A stretch of 64,000 bases of DNA from Caecitellus pseudoparvulus (Eukaryota; Protista; Bigyra: Bicosoecida), in the NCBI GenBank assembly GCA_965644315.1, contig CBFFRQ010000057.1, positions 620,001-684,000 on the forward strand, given 5' to 3'. A program made the position numbers and the translations under genes. The notes below the pieces were generated by a model. The model ran no database searches, was not told the DNA's origin, and worked only from the letters and a program-made list of their open reading frames with translations. Positions 22,037 to 35,100 of the stretch are shown piece after piece. Position 1 is the first letter of the stretch; each line of letters begins with the position of its first letter.

Positions 22037-22649
22037 TCAATACAAGTACACGCCGTATGCAGTGGCCACTGCAAAGAGGTTGTCCTGTGTGGGCCAGCGC
22101 GAGGCGGTGTGCTGCAGCGCGGGCAGGAGGCGTAGGGAAGCGGCAGCGGGGCAGCTTCGCACATTCACAAGCGTCTCGGATGCCTTGTTGTCTGTGATGG
22201 AGTCCCAGAGGCACCTGGAGCCCATGCGCACACCCGCGCCACGCTGCTGGCCAACCACAACCTGCACCATGATCTTGTACCGGGGCAGCTTCAAGTCTGT
22301 GGCTCAGCAGGGACGGACGCATGCGGCTCCTGCAGCGCCTCGGCGTTTCACTCGCAAACGGACCTCTCAGCTCGTCCCTGATCTGCTCTGCCAACTCCTT
22401 CGTGTATTCGGCACTGTATGGGACAGGGCTTCCATCCTCATTCAGCAGCTTGCTCTCCAGCACTGCCTTCATGATCTCCCGCACTCTCTCCACAGGGAAC
22501 CTGTGGGGTGCCGGGCGTTTCAAGTGCACAACGAAACGCCACGCAGCCGCGAGCCGGCCGCGCATGCCCGCTCACTTGTCCTTGTGCTCGGGGCGAACTT
22601 GGTATGTGTTATCGCTAGTGTCACCGCGCCTGCGCTGCTCGTAAGCCAT
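22037..22649 (-). CDS. Tctex-1 family dynein light chain (TCTEX1D2-like), 4 exons
   Basis: Spliced reading: MAYEQ...NTYQVRP..K / FPVERVREIM...LAEQIRDELR / LKLPRYKIMVQVVVGQQRGAGVRMGSRCLWD..TDNKAS / DNLFAVATAYGVYLY*. First intron at 22575-22501. Confidence 0.9.
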
Positions 22650-22914
22650 GGTTTTCCTCCACTTCGACCCCGCGTGCAGCAAGTTTGGCTCTTGGCACAG
22701 CAACGAGTTGGCCTGGCTCGGCGCAGTGGTGCAGGGGACAGCGCCCACGCCAAGTGTGGCAGTCAGGAGCAAGGAGGCACCTGGTGTTCCCTGCACGAGT
22801 CCGCTCGGCGTGTAGAGGGTGGGAGCAAGACGGCGCGATTTGAGGACGACACTGCATTGGCGGACAAGGGCTGACGTTCCCAGGGCCAGGTCACAGGGAA
22901 GCACGTGCGAGCGG

Positions 22915-25153
22915 TCAGGATGAGAGACCCTCGTAGTACGCGAAAAGTGAGTGTGGCAAGAAGGGCGTGATGTAGCCGTACTGCCAAGGCTGCACGACTG
23001 GCGGGTCTGCGTGCCTTGCGTACCACTCCCGCGAGTACAGCACCAGGAGCAACGACATGCCAGCGGAGAGCATGGCCCACATGAAGATGTTGTTGTACGA
23101 GTGGTTGCCGTTTGTCAGGCGCATGAAAAACGTCCCTGGTCCACCGAACAGCTGCGCAGGTGGGGGGGCGGGGAAACGTGGCGGGCGGGGCACTCGGTGG
23201 CCAAACGCACGGCCGCCCACGCACCACGAGCAGCGCTGGGAACCAGAACCCCACAGCAATGGCGATAATGTACTCGTGGATGAAGGCTGAAATGAGGAAC
23301 ACCAGCCCCAACGCCAGGCCTTTGCTGATGCGGCCCCTGGAGAAACGCTGTGCGTCGTGGTACAGGTAGGTTTTGAGCGCCCCTCCCACGACGGCGTTCC
23401 ACTTGCGGTAGTAGTCTGACCAGTTCGTCGTGCTCCACCAGTCAGCGTAGAACCTGCGATCTGCATGGCGCAGGCAGACTGCGAAGAGATTGAACAGCAC
23501 GTGCAGCACGCCGAAGAACTGTGCAAAGGGAGGGCGGTGTGTGCCCGTGAAGGAGGCTGGGTGCCGAGGTGGGGGCGCTGGCAACGCACCATGAGCACCA
23601 ACACCATCATGCCAGGGGCCATGCTGTGAAACACGCTGCGCACAAAGCTGCGCAGGTCCCCCGGGTTGGAGGGGGTCTCCGCGAAGTATGGCGAGATGAA
23701 GGTGGTCAGGATGACGTAGCAGTAGCTGATAACTCCCAGGAACTCCGCCATGTGCACGCCAGCCTGCAACCAGTCCACCTTGGCCGATGTGCGCGGGTAG
23801 GCATCTCGGTAGATCAGGGTGGGCGCGAAGAAGAAGTAGAGGAACCGCCCGATCTCCGTGCTTGCGTCTCCGATGGTGATGGCCGGCGGCTCCACGTGCA
23901 GCAGCGTCACGCCACGCCGGCGAGCCCATGCGGGGATCCACAGCGCGTAGCCAGCAGGCGACGTCGGGTCCACTTCAAAGGGGAACTGCGACAGGCCGCC
24001 GTCATCCTCACCTTGTGCCTGCCGGGTGGCCTCGGCTGGGGACTCGGCTGGGGGCGTGCCCTTGGGCTGGGAACGCAGCCACTGCAGTGCCTTGGTCACC
24101 GTCTCGTGGGCCCTGCCATGCAGCAGTTTCTCGCGCAAGTATGCGTGCATCTTGAGGGAGATGCGGGTCTGCTCCACCGCCACGATGAGGGCGGAAGGCA
24201 CAGCCATGCCGTTGGACAGGCACACATAGCCAGAGTACGTGTACAGCAGCAGCTGCACCAGGACGTAAGGCGCCAGCCACACTCTCCACGACCAATTGTG
24301 GCGGTGCACCAGCTGCACCCAGGGCACGACGAGGAGGGAGGTGAGGGACATGGCCACCCAGGCTGGCACGACGATGCCGATGCCGCTGAATGCCCACGCA
24401 AACAGAGACAAGTCCACGAAGCGCCCGTGCTCTACCCAGTCCGTGACGATGATCTGCAGGAACAGGATGAGCAGCACAGCCACGGCGATGTTGTAAATGG
24501 TGCGGAAGTGCTCGCTGCCTTCCAGCATCTCGGTCAGCAGGCTGTCCCGGGGCCGGAAGGTCTTCTCGTGCCACATGGTGCGCAGGCGTGCGTCACGTGC
24601 ATCTGCATCGCCGACAGACTGCCGCGTTTCCCGAATGCGGTCCATCAGCTGCTGCACCTCACACTGCATCCCCTCCAACTCGGCTGAGACCTTGGCCTTC
24701 GTGGCCTGCGCACGCGGGGGGTGGCGGGCATGGTTGTCAGAATGCTTGGCACAAGGGACAGGGCGGCCAGCACACATAGGAACGCTGAATGCAGAACAAA
24801 GTGTGCCTCGTGTGGGTGCCAGGTCGGGCATGCACTGCCGACAGCAGAGCGCACGCTGTGCGGAAATCACTTCAACCCTCCAGCGAAGGCCAGCACTTTC
24901 TCACCTCGATGCGCCGACATAGCTTGGACAGCGCCCCCACCTGCACGTCCATCGCCTGCTGCTGAACTTCCACAAGCCTGGTGCTGCCCGACCCATCGCC
25001 TCCCTCGTCGATCGCGTCAATGCTCTCAAGAACCGACGCGAGGTTCTCCCGCAGCTCGGCGAGCTCCTTTGCATCTGGCGTCAAGGCCGCCACAGCGGAA
25101 TCACCTGACGAAACCCTTCGGCGGACCGTGCTCGACGGATCTAGGGCTGCCAT
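22915..25153 (-). CDS. Sterol O-acyltransferase (ACAT/SOAT, MBOAT family), multi-exon
   Basis: FRPRDSLLT, HFRTIYN, LKMHAYLRE, YFFFAPTLIYRDAYPRT, FYADWWSTTNWSDYYRKWN, SAFIHEY (catalytic His) and LYSREWYAR. The pieces lie in different frames joined by GT-AG introns. Confidence 0.92.
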
Positions 25154-25588
25154 TTCCGCTGCCTCTCACGCAAAGGTGTGCGGTGGCGACCTGCAGAGCG
25201 CAGGAAAGGCGGCGAAGGAAAGCCCACGACAGGCACTCAAGGCAAACCAGCTTCACCCGCGAGGCACGGTGGAAACGCGCGCTGTGGCTTGTGGGGGTGT
25301 ATGTTTTCCTTCAAGTGTGTTGCTTGGGAATGATGTTGTGGTGGAAGTCGCCAAGCTGCGCGGCCCAACCGGTTGTGTGCCTTCCACCGCACGAGCCTGC
25401 ACACCCCGCCGACGTTGTATAAGGGTGGTCTGCCGAGAGGAGCCGCACCCCACATAACCTCATCATACAGAACTGCACAAAACTTGACAACTTGGGTTAA
25501 CGAAGTCTTGTAAAGCTGGGAACCGCCTTTCGCTGGCAGTTTCGGCTCTTTCAGAGCCAGGGTGCCAGGTGCACTGCACTTGCTCACC

Positions 25589-27416
25589 ATGAAGCGAACC
25601 CTCGCTGTGCTTGCCGCCGTCGCGGCCCTTGCCGCTGTGACGGCCAAGCCTGTCTGCGATTCACCCTCATCTTGCCGGGGTGCCTTGCTCACATCCGCTG
25701 CACAGCTGCAGTCGCGCCCGGCAAGCGACACGCAGCAAGCCATCCAAAAGCTCGCGCAGAAGTTCATCGAGCCCCTGTTCGATGCCCCCCCCAGCTCATG
25801 GAAGGATGGCGGTGGCGGCGATATCGACAAGACGTGGTGCCCAAAGTCAACGTGTGTGCCGCGAGCTGAGTGCCCCTTGCGCCGCACATGCGACTGGCGT
25901 TGCACCCCCACCCACCCTCACCTTGCCTGGCAGGTACTTTGACTTCCTCCCCGTCGAGCTGGCCACGCTGAGCCTGGGCCAGGCGGTGAACTGGACTTCC
26001 CAGTGCTTCGGCTCCGTTGTGGCTACCACGCATGTCTCTGGAGGACAGGCCAACGTGACCATCACGGGCTCCAGCCCCTCTGGCCTCCTCTGCTCAGACA
26101 CGCTGTTGGTCATCACCTCGTACCGCGTCGTGAAGCTCCTGACTCCCTCGGCACTGTCCCCCGTCGCCAGCACGACGTTCACTCTGGAGAACTCGGAGGC
26201 AAAAGACCTCTTCGCAGGCGGCTTCAAGGTGCTGCTGCTGCCCTGCGGCGTGGTGGGCTCCATCGAGTCCGTGGTGGCCACCGTGTCCCTCTTCCTCGGC
26301 GACGACGAGGCGCAGTACCAGCGCAACATGGACTTCCTCACGCAGCGCGGGGTGTGGCCGGCAGCCACGCCCTTCAACAAGACTGTCGCGCTGCCTGCAG
26401 ACAAGACCCTCATCCCCTCCGGCACATACCTGGCCATCGGCCGCCTGGACGGGCTGGACCCCACCATCATGTGGCTGACAGGGGGCCTCACGGGGCACTC
26501 CGCAGTCGCCGTCTGGGAAGGGGACACCCTGTACGTCGTGGAGAGCACTGCACCAGACCCGCTGGGCAAGGTGTACTGGCCCTGCGCCAACGGCTACTGC
26601 GGCATCATGCGCACGGAGTGGTCCCTGTGGAACTCCCGCGCCATCGCAGCGGACTACCACGTGTCCGTGCTGGCCTTAGCTGACCCCTACGCAGCTGCCT
26701 TTGACGAGGATGCCTTCTGGAAGTACTTCGCCACTGTGGAGGGCACGCCGTACGGCTACGTGTCCATGGTAAACGTGTTCATCGACACGGCCGCGCCGCA
26801 GCGCAACTGGCCCCAGCCTGTGACAGATGCCATCTTCAACATGATCGGCTTCCTCTTCTCCGACCTGACGCCCACCACCAACTCCACCACGCCCGGCGGC
26901 GGCGTGGACGGCTACGACTACCTCATCCGCGCCTTCAACAAGCGCAGCAATGCCGGCTGCAAGACGTTCACCTGCGTTACCGATTGGGCGCTGGCCCACA
27001 ACACCTCCTACCCCGTTGTGACCGCGCAACCTGAGCAGGACTCCTGGCGGTACTTTGACAACACTAACCGCAGCATGGTGTGCTCGGTTTTCGCCGCATC
27101 CGTGTACAAGCACGCCATCCCCAGCTCTGTCTTGCCGACGCTGCAGGCTGGCGAGCAAAGCCCCAAGGACAACTATCAGATGGCTATCTTTGACGGCAGC
27201 CACTTCACGCCTACGAACTGCCCAGGCGGGTACTTCGAGACCCCCCACGGCAGCTACTGTCAGATCATGGGGCAGTGGGAGCTGCAGGTGGGCGAGGACG
27301 GCTTCAACACCATCCACCCGTACAAGGGCATGAACAACCATTGCCCGGCTCAGTGGACGCCTGACCCTGCCACCCGCTACTTCAGGTGCCCTGCCAGCAA
27401 CCCATCCTGCTGCTAA
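25589..27416 (+). CDS. Secreted protein with a permuted papain-like (NlpC/P60, YaeF/YiiX-type) His...Cys arrangement
   Basis: Signal peptide MKRTLAVLAAVAALAA; RLDGLDPTIMW.TG..TGHSAVA......LYVVES, followed later by SMVCSVF (His before Cys). One or two introns near the 5' end. Confidence 0.65.
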
Positions 27417-27611
27417 GCGTGAGGCCGTGCCATGAATGCATGCCGCTGTGCTGCGCAGGCGGTGGCCACCCCCACTCACCTGGCCAGAACCCACCACAGC
27501 ACCACATTCCACAAGCCTGCAAACCTGCCGAATTCGGCCGCCAAGCAACCAGGACAGCAGACGCACCACACGTGCTCCTCTGAAGGCTTGAGTGTGACTG
27601 CGCTTGTAGGT

Positions 27612-29092
27612 ATGAGTTCTTTGAAGTACAACTTTGGCGACGTGTCGCTGGCCATGCGGTGAGTTGGCGTGGCGTGCGGAAACTGAGTCCTGCAGTGACG
27701 TGCCTGCCCGGACCCCACACGAAAATGGCGACTGCTCACCCCAGGTGCATTGGCGGGGAGCACACTTGCGTCATGGCCAAGGTGTTTGGCGCATCCGTTG
27801 CCTTCGACTGTGGCACGCAGCTGCCCGAGGTCGTCCCATTCAGGAACGTTTTCCTCACGCACGGGCACCTGGACCACGTGGGCGGGCTGCACCACCACGC
27901 AGCCACGCGCAGCATGCAGCGCATGGCAGTGCCCACATACTTTGCTCCGCCGTGCTGCATTGAGCCGCTGCGGCTGTGCTTGGCAGCGCACATCGCCATG
28001 CAGCGAGAAGGCACCATTGAAGCTGACTGGGTGGACCTGTCGCCAGGTGACACAGTCGTGCTGGGTCGCAAGCACACATCTCTCCACCGGGCCGCTGAGC
28101 CAGGCTGGGCCGCAGACGATGCCAGCAGCACTGCTCTTGGCATGCCTGAGCTTCCCCTGGCACCTGCCACGCCAGCCTACGCCCCTCCCAAGGTGCTGTC
28201 CACCCTGCCATCCGCCGGAGTCCTGGTCACGCCCTGGCGAACGGAGCACCGCGTGCCATCCATGGGCTTCGTCGTCAGCCACAGGAGGCAGAAGCTGCTG
28301 GCTTCTTTGCAAGGCCAAAGCTCTGACGTCATTCGAGCGGCAAAGGCGGCAGGCCAGCCGGTCACTGAGGCAGTGGACACGCCCCTTCTGGCGGTGTCAG
28401 GCGACACGACCTTCCCCGGCATTCTGGCAGGGGGAGAGCCTGCCCTCACCGCCCGCGTGTTGGTCATGGAGTGTACGTTCGTGGACGCAACTGTGAACTC
28501 TGTGCATGACACACAGCACCAGGCTGGGCACACCCACCTGGAGCAGGTGGCTCCTGCCTGGGCCGAAGGGGTCTTCCGGAACAGCCACCTGATGCTTGTG
28601 CACTTTTCCCCGCGATTCTTGCCTGCCCAGACGGCAGCTGCAGTCGGGCACCGCCTCGCCACTGCCCTGCTGGCACTGTGCCCGGGCCCAGACGTGCCTG
28701 CTCGGTGGGCTGCCGTGTGCAGCAGGCTAGCAGAGCGGCCCATTGTGCATGCGCATGTCCCCCCTCGTAGCACCAAGGGTTTACCCGCGCAGTCGGCTGA
28801 TCCAGGTGTGCCTGCCATTGTGCCGGCACCTGAGGTGAAGGCCAGCGAGGCACACTCTGAGGCTGGCTCAGCCTCAGCCGTCTCACCTGCAGCCGCATCA
28901 CACCCGGTCCCAGAAGAAGACCTGCCAGAGAACTACCGCCAGGCCATGCAAGAGCACGGTGGTAGCATGGTGCATGTTGCTCGTATTGCGTGGGACCTCT
29001 TGCACGGCCAGCATCACCTGCCAGCTTGCTTGGCGCACATGGCCGGAGGCGAAGCTGGGTCCCCGAGCGGTGCCTCGACGGCCGCAGCATAA
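27612..29092 (+). CDS. Short-form tRNase Z-like metallo-beta-lactamase (TM-type) with C-terminal extension
   Basis: Exon 1 MSSLKYNFGDVSLAMR, intron 27659-27744, then CIGGEHTCV...AFDCG, VFLTHGHLDHVGG (HxHxDH), TEHRVPSMG, SGDT, MECTF, GHTH and LVHFSPRF. Confidence 0.85.
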
Positions 29093-29218
29093 ATCCGACC
29101 CAGACACTTCAAATCCATATGCGAATTTTGATGTTGTCTGCGCATACTCTTTCCGCTCTAGTTGGTGCCAGTATCCCCGCGGGCGGGCGAACACGGTCAG
29201 TGTGAATCAGGATTCCCT

Positions 29219-29228
29219 GCGGAAATTG
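29219..29228 (+). promoter_or_regulatory. GCGGAAATTG element upstream of the GT2 gene ATG
   Basis: 30 nt before ATG 29259. Confidence 0.55.
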
Positions 29229-29258
29229 ATTGCCACGGCCGACCACAGATTTGCAACG

Positions 29259-30901
29259 ATGGACGCCATCTGCGCCTTGCCGTTTCAGGCCGTGAATACA
29301 GCAGCTACATACCTCGTGTTTGTGGCGAGAGTATCGCTCGCCTTCGCTCTGGGCGTTGTGAGAAAGGCCTGTGCCTGGGCGTGGTGGGCGACCTGCTTGC
29401 CGTACCACGGGACGCTGTACGCTCTGACCTGGGTCGCGTGCCTCGTTGGGGTGTGTCTCTCGGCCTATGGGTACGCAAAGGTCCTCATGTGCACCGCTCG
29501 CCGAGGTCCCCGGCTTCGGGAAGCCCTTGAAACGAGTGGACCAGCCAAAGTATCAGTCGTCGTGGGAGGTGAGCACCATACGTGACAGCGTTTGCCCCCA
29601 CCTGCCGTGCTATCACCCAGCCCCGCAACTGCTGCAGCGTACAATGAGGAGCGTAACATTGCCAGGGTCTTGCGCATGCTTGACTCTCACGCTACGGTGA
29701 GGGCACTCGCCTGGCGTGCAGCAGCGACGCTGCGCTCGTGCCACCCTCCAGCCGTCCTGCCCCCACGCAGGAGCGAGAGGCGGTGGAAGTCATCGTCGTG
29801 GACGGGAACAGCACAGACGGCACCTGTGATAAGGTGAAAGCGACTCCAGTGCGCCTCCCAGTGCGCCTGCTGTCGGGTGTGACTGGGCGTGGGACGACGC
29901 AGAATGCGGGTGCGGCGGCAGCCACAGGAGACATCCTCCTCTTCCTACATGCCGATACACAGCTGCCACTGGGTTATGACCACATGATCCGAGAAGCTGT
30001 GCGTGATCCAGGTGTCGTGGCGGGGGCGTTTTCTTTTGCGGTGGACACAGGCGTCTTGGAAGGGCCTGTCCCCACTGGCCTGTCCACGATGGCTGCATTC
30101 GCGCAGTGGAGAAGTGTGACATTCCAGCTACCCTATGGGGACCAGGCCCTGTTCATGACCAAAGGCCGCTGGGCAGACCATGGTCCGTTTCCTGACAGCA
30201 TTATGATGGAGGACTTCCACCTCGTGGGGGCCCTGCGTCAGGCAGCGGTTGCCGAGGGCGGTCGTGTCGTGACGCTCCCCGCGCCAGCGCTCTGCTCCCC
30301 CCGCCGCTGGGAGAAGAACGGAGTGCCATGGAACACATTCTTGAACCAGGCATTTGTCTTTGCATACACTGTCTTGGGCCTCCCTTCCTCCCGCATCTAC
30401 GAATGGTACTACGGCACGAAGCTCCCGGCAGCCGTGCACGCGCGCGACGCCGCTGTACGTGCCGAGAGGGAGCGGCTGGCCAGTCTCGCTGCCACAGCAC
30501 AGTCGCGGCAAGACCTGACTGAACTGGCCCGCTTGCGTGCCCGGGCCTCAGGCAGTGACGGGGCGCTGGCAGCACGCGAAGTGTGGAGGAGCAGCGTGCC
30601 CTCCTTGCCCTCAGTTCCCAGGCACCTCGCTGCAGGTGACAAGGAAGGCTACTGGTCCCCCCCTCGCTCGAGCCTGCGCCGGCGAGGTTCCCCCACGGCT
30701 GCCTTGGACTCGTTGGATGGCAGCGATGACCCGAAGCCACAACGAGCCACACATGCGAACCACAGCCCCCGACGGCAGCAGAAGTGCGAAGCACTGCTTG
30801 GCCGCATGAGCGAATTGGCATCGCAGCTGAAAGCGAACGTCAGCCCGCAACGCAGCGTCCGAGGCACACCTGCCACAAGCCGCAGCGCCTCTCCAGCCTA
30901 G
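29259..30901 (+). CDS. GT2-family glycosyltransferase, TIGR04283-like, with N-terminal hydrophobic region and low-complexity tail
   Basis: Two introns join VSVVVG|AYNEERNI and EVIVVDGNSTDGT; also QNAGAAAATGDILLFLHADT, LPYGDQALF, FP...MMEDF.LV and CSPRRWEKNG. Confidence 0.82.
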
Positions 30902-31008
30902 CGGCCATGTTTGCATTGCATATCGGGCAGGATGCACAGCCAGAACACGCCGAGCTGGAGGCGGCGGCGTGAGCCCCCCCATCCTCCGCTGAAAGCTGAC
31001 CAACAGCT

Positions 31009-31623
31009 TCAATCCTCGTGTCCAGGCTGTGCTGCTGATGCAAGGGCGTTGTCCTCGAGAAGAGAGGCTGGCAACAGGAAAGGACTGCCCTTCCACCTCG
31101 TCAACAGAACTACCAATGCAACTGCTGCGAGCAATGCCAGAGTCAAGGCTTTCCACAAAGACCACACACCACCTGGCACTCCTGCACTTATGGGATCCAG
31201 CACAATGTTGAAAACAGCCTCCTTCCGTTCCGGAGCGAGGGGGGATGCGACACCCTCAACTTTGGCCCACAACGACAGCTGAGCAGGCTCGCCATCAGGC
31301 GTGAGGACCACCCCCTGCGATGTGCTACGGACGACAAGCTTCTCTGTGTTCAGAAGCCGCCGTAAGGAACCAGACGGCACCGCAGGCTTGCCGCTGGCAG
31401 GGGTCAGCCGCATTGTAAACACGGTGGGCATGCTTGCCGGGTAGGACACTCGAACCTCGTACTCAGTGTTGGGCTCCAGGTCACAGAAGGAAAGGGCGTG
31501 CTTGGTCCCCAGTGGCATCCGCTGGTTCTGCAGCGTCACTGACGGCCGCAGACACGCATGACTAGCCGCCCTGCTGTCTGCCGCGATGAAAAAGAGACAG
31601 GCAAGCCACAGCCACCTTGGCAT
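31009..31623 (-). CDS. Small secretory-pathway single-pass membrane protein of unknown function
   Basis: 204-aa ORF with signal peptide, YEVRVSYPASMP and RRLLNTEKL blocks (resembling an uncharacterised eukaryotic family), FNIVLDP and a C-terminal TM helix. Confidence 0.65.
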   Translation of the reverse strand: MPRWLWLACLFFIAADSRAASHACLRPSVTLQNQRMPLGTKHALSFCDLEPNTEYEVRVSYPASMPTVFTMRLTPASGKPAVPSGSLRRLLNTEKLVVRSTSQGVVLTPDGEPAQLSLWAKVEGVASPLAPERKEAVFNIVLDPISAGVPGGVWSLWKALTLALLAAVALVVLLTRWKGSPFLLPASLLEDNALASAAQPGHED

Positions 31624-31627
31624 CGCT

Positions 31628-31637
31628 CAACTTCCGC
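31628..31637 (-). promoter_or_regulatory. GCGGAAGTTG element upstream of the small membrane protein ATG
   Basis: 4 nt before ATG 31623 on the minus strand. Confidence 0.55.
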
Positions 31638-32198
31638 ACGCTCGACTCCACAGACCACAGAAAACATAAACCCTGGGTAATGACGTTCATATGGAAACTA
31701 TCACGCATCCTTCTTTCCATGCTGCTTCTTTTGTCTGGTCCAGCATCATGTTCAACGGCCGAGGCTTGTGAACAATTGACGCCAGCAGGAAAAGCGGGGC
31801 AAAAAGAATCAGCAGTACTCGGGATTCCCGTGTAGTCCCCTACCACAGTACTAACCGAGCTCGGCCCAGCTTGGCTTCCGGGTGCGGAATGGATCCGGGC
31901 ATATCCTGGGCGATGTGACCGCTGCTGAGAAGAGGAGTGCAAGCAACGTATATAGGTCATGCAATACTGAAGAGCCGACCGGACGAAGCAGTGGGCGATG
32001 GTTGGCGGCCATCCTCGGCTCGCGGCGCTGCATTCCCGACGCAAAGCCAAACGTGCAAACAATGCGAACGGTGATGGGGTGTTGGTAGATGTGCTTTCGA
32101 TCGGCTGGGAAGCCAGGGCTGCTGGCCAAGCTCCCATACGAGCCCGCGCGAGCTGTAGTTTCCGGGCAGGCAGCCGTGGCTTGTCGCAGCAACTTGCC

Positions 32199-35100
32199 AT
32201 GGACAGCCCGAAGAGCAGGACTCGCTCTGCAAGTTTCGTGGGCATCCCTGAGAAATGGCGACCCTCGTGGCCTGGCGCACCAGCTGGTCCTGCGGAGGGC
32301 GAACCCCGCCAGGTGCCGCGAGCCACAACACCTCCGCGCAGACACACGGTGGCTGCTCGAGCACCCGGCTCACACGTGGCTCCGCTGCAGCCTTTCCTTC
32401 AGAAAGGCTTACATGCACCTGAACATGAATCATCCGGGCCTCCAGGTACAGGTCCCTTGCCTGTAGGGCCTGAGGTGCCTGAGGACAAGGGTGAAGCTGC
32501 CGCTGTGTCGCATGCAACTGAAGCTGCACAGACCCCGCCACGAAACCCAGTGGGGCCAGCGAAAGCCGCTGAGAAACGCGGCAAGCTCGGAAGCTCTGGC
32601 CCTGGGCATCCTTCTGGGCACCCGACCAGCCCACCGCGAAAACTCCCAGCTTCACCGCTCAGCCCACAGGCCCGTGGTGCAAGCCACAACCAACGGCCTA
32701 TGAAGGTGCAGCCTCCGACGAGCGGGCCCCGACCTAGGCAAGCCACCGCAACTGCTGCTCTGACTCCCTCTCCAGAGAAAACTGCACAGCTCCCTCACCC
32801 TGCGGTGCCGCCTCCCCCAGGCATGTCAAAGCCATCCGGGCATCGAGCTGCGGGCCAAGCGGATACGGCGCCTGCATCCCACAGCACGTCCCTTGCACGC
32901 AGTGGCCCCCCACAACGCGCCAACTTGCCAGACCACTACTTCGCGCCTTTCGGGGCGGGAGAGCTGCAGGGCTTGTCGCCTTCCCAACAAGGTCTGCCTT
33001 CTCCACCCACTGACGAGAGCCGACCTCCCACCTCCCCTGAACCTGAAGCGTCACTCCCTCGAAGCCCCCAAGCTTCCCTGGCGCACGCAAGGGCCTTGGT
33101 TCAGCAACTGCAATCGTTGGCACCATCTTCGCCCCCACCAGCTCCCCCAGCCTCTCCTGATTGGATTGTGCAGGCTGACGCAGCAGAGGCAGAAGCAGCC
33201 GCCGGTCTGACCGTTCTGTCAGGTCTCACCTCAACGCCAGTGCCTCACGACGCCCTGGTGGCCCAAGCATCTCCAGAGCAGAGCGCCTCTCCCCCGCAGC
33301 CGCTGCATGACACTGTCAGGCAGTGGCAGAAAGACGTCAAGGGGCCCTCCTGGGAGGATGTGCATAGCAGCGTGAAGGCTGCCAAGGACGCAGCCAGCGA
33401 TTTGGCCATGTCACCCTCACGGGCAGCCAAAGCCGCTGCCATGCAAGAAGCCCCTGAGCAGTCACCTCCGAGAGTCCCATCACCGACGCAGCAGTCCCCC
33501 GAACAATCCCTGCAAAGCCTGCTGGCCATGCCTGACATTGCTCCTCTCACCGAAGCCCTCAGCCCCCCCCCTGCTGCCCCAGCAACTTCGACTCCGCCGC
33601 AAGCACAAGAGCTGCCTTCGGATACCGATGTTTCTTCTCTGTTGCAGCCATTGGCATCTGGGTCCCCGGTGGCAACAGTCCACGCTCAGTGGGGCCAGGC
33701 TGCAATTGAAGCACGCAGCTCGAGTCGGGCTGCACAGCCCACCAGCTCAATCCGACCTCCCGACACAGAGCAGATTAAACCACTTGCCTCTGCGTCGGCG
33801 CTGTCAGACTTGCGCTCCCCTCCTCGCCAAACTGTATTTGTGAGAAAGGAGGGAACACCCAGCCGCTACCTGACACACACATCTGCACGAACCCCCCCCA
33901 GAGCCTCCCACTTTGCCACCGATACACAAGGCTTGCGAAGGGGCCCTCAGTCTCTGACTAACACGTACTCTCAACCACGGTCGCCGGCGTATGGTGGTGC
34001 GTCAGGGCGTGCTGTGACGTCACCGGGTCGGGGCCGGCCCACGACGGGTACGGCCATGACCAGTGGCGGGGGCGGGGGCGGTGCGCCACGGTCGCCGGCG
34101 TATGGTGGTGTGTCAGGGCGTGCTGTGACGTCACCGGGTCGGGGCCGGCCCACGACGGGTACGGCCATGACCAGTGGCGGGGGCGGGGGCAGCAGCGGTG
34201 CGCCACGGTCGCCGGCGTATGGTGGTGCATCAGGGCGTGCTGTGACGTCACCGGGTCGGGGCCGGCCCACGACGGGTACGGCCATGACCAGTGGCGGGGG
34301 CGGGGGCGGTGCGCCACGGTCGCCGGCGTATGGTGGTGCATCAGGGCGTGCTGTGACGTCACCGGGTCGGGGCCGGCCCACGACGGGTACGGCCATGACC
34401 AGTGGCGGGGGCGGGGGCGGTGCGCCACGGTCGCCGGCGTATGGTGGTGCATCAGGGCGTGCTGTGACGTCACCGGGTCGGGGCCGGCCCACGACGGGTA
34501 CGGCCATGACCAGTGGCGGGGGCGGGGGCGGTGCGCCACGGTCGCCGGCGTATGGTGGTGCATCAGGGCGTGCTGTGACGTCACCGGGTCGGGGCCGGCC
34601 CACGACGGGTACGGCCATGACCAGTGGCGGGGGCGGGGGCGGTGCGCCACGGTCGCCGGCGTATGGTGGTGCATCAGGGCGTGCTGTGACGTCACCGGGT
34701 CGGGGCCGGCCCACGACGGGTACGGCCATGACCAGTGGCGGGGGCGGTGCGCCACGGTCGCCGGCGTATGGTGGTGCATCAGGGCGTGCTGTGACGTCAC
34801 CGGGTCGGGGCCGGCCCACGACGGGTACGGCCATGACCAGTGGCGGGGGCGGGGGCGGTGCGCCACGGTCGCCGGCGTATGGTGGTGCATCAGGGCGTGC
34901 TGTGACGTCACCGGGTCGGGGCCGGCCCACGACGGGTACGGCCATGACCAGTGGCGGGGGCGGGGGCGGTGCGCCACGGTCGCCGGCGTATGGTGGTGTG
35001 TCAGGGCGTGCTGTGACGTCACCGGGTCGGGGCCGGCCCACGACGGGTACGGCCATGACCAGTGGCGGGGGCGGGGGCAGCAGCGGTGCGCCACGGTCGC

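Noticed and set aside
31624-32198. Small ORFs in the divergent spacer (31617-31835, 31882-32088)
   Set aside because: No recognisable motifs or convincing splice support; more likely promoter or UTR sequence.
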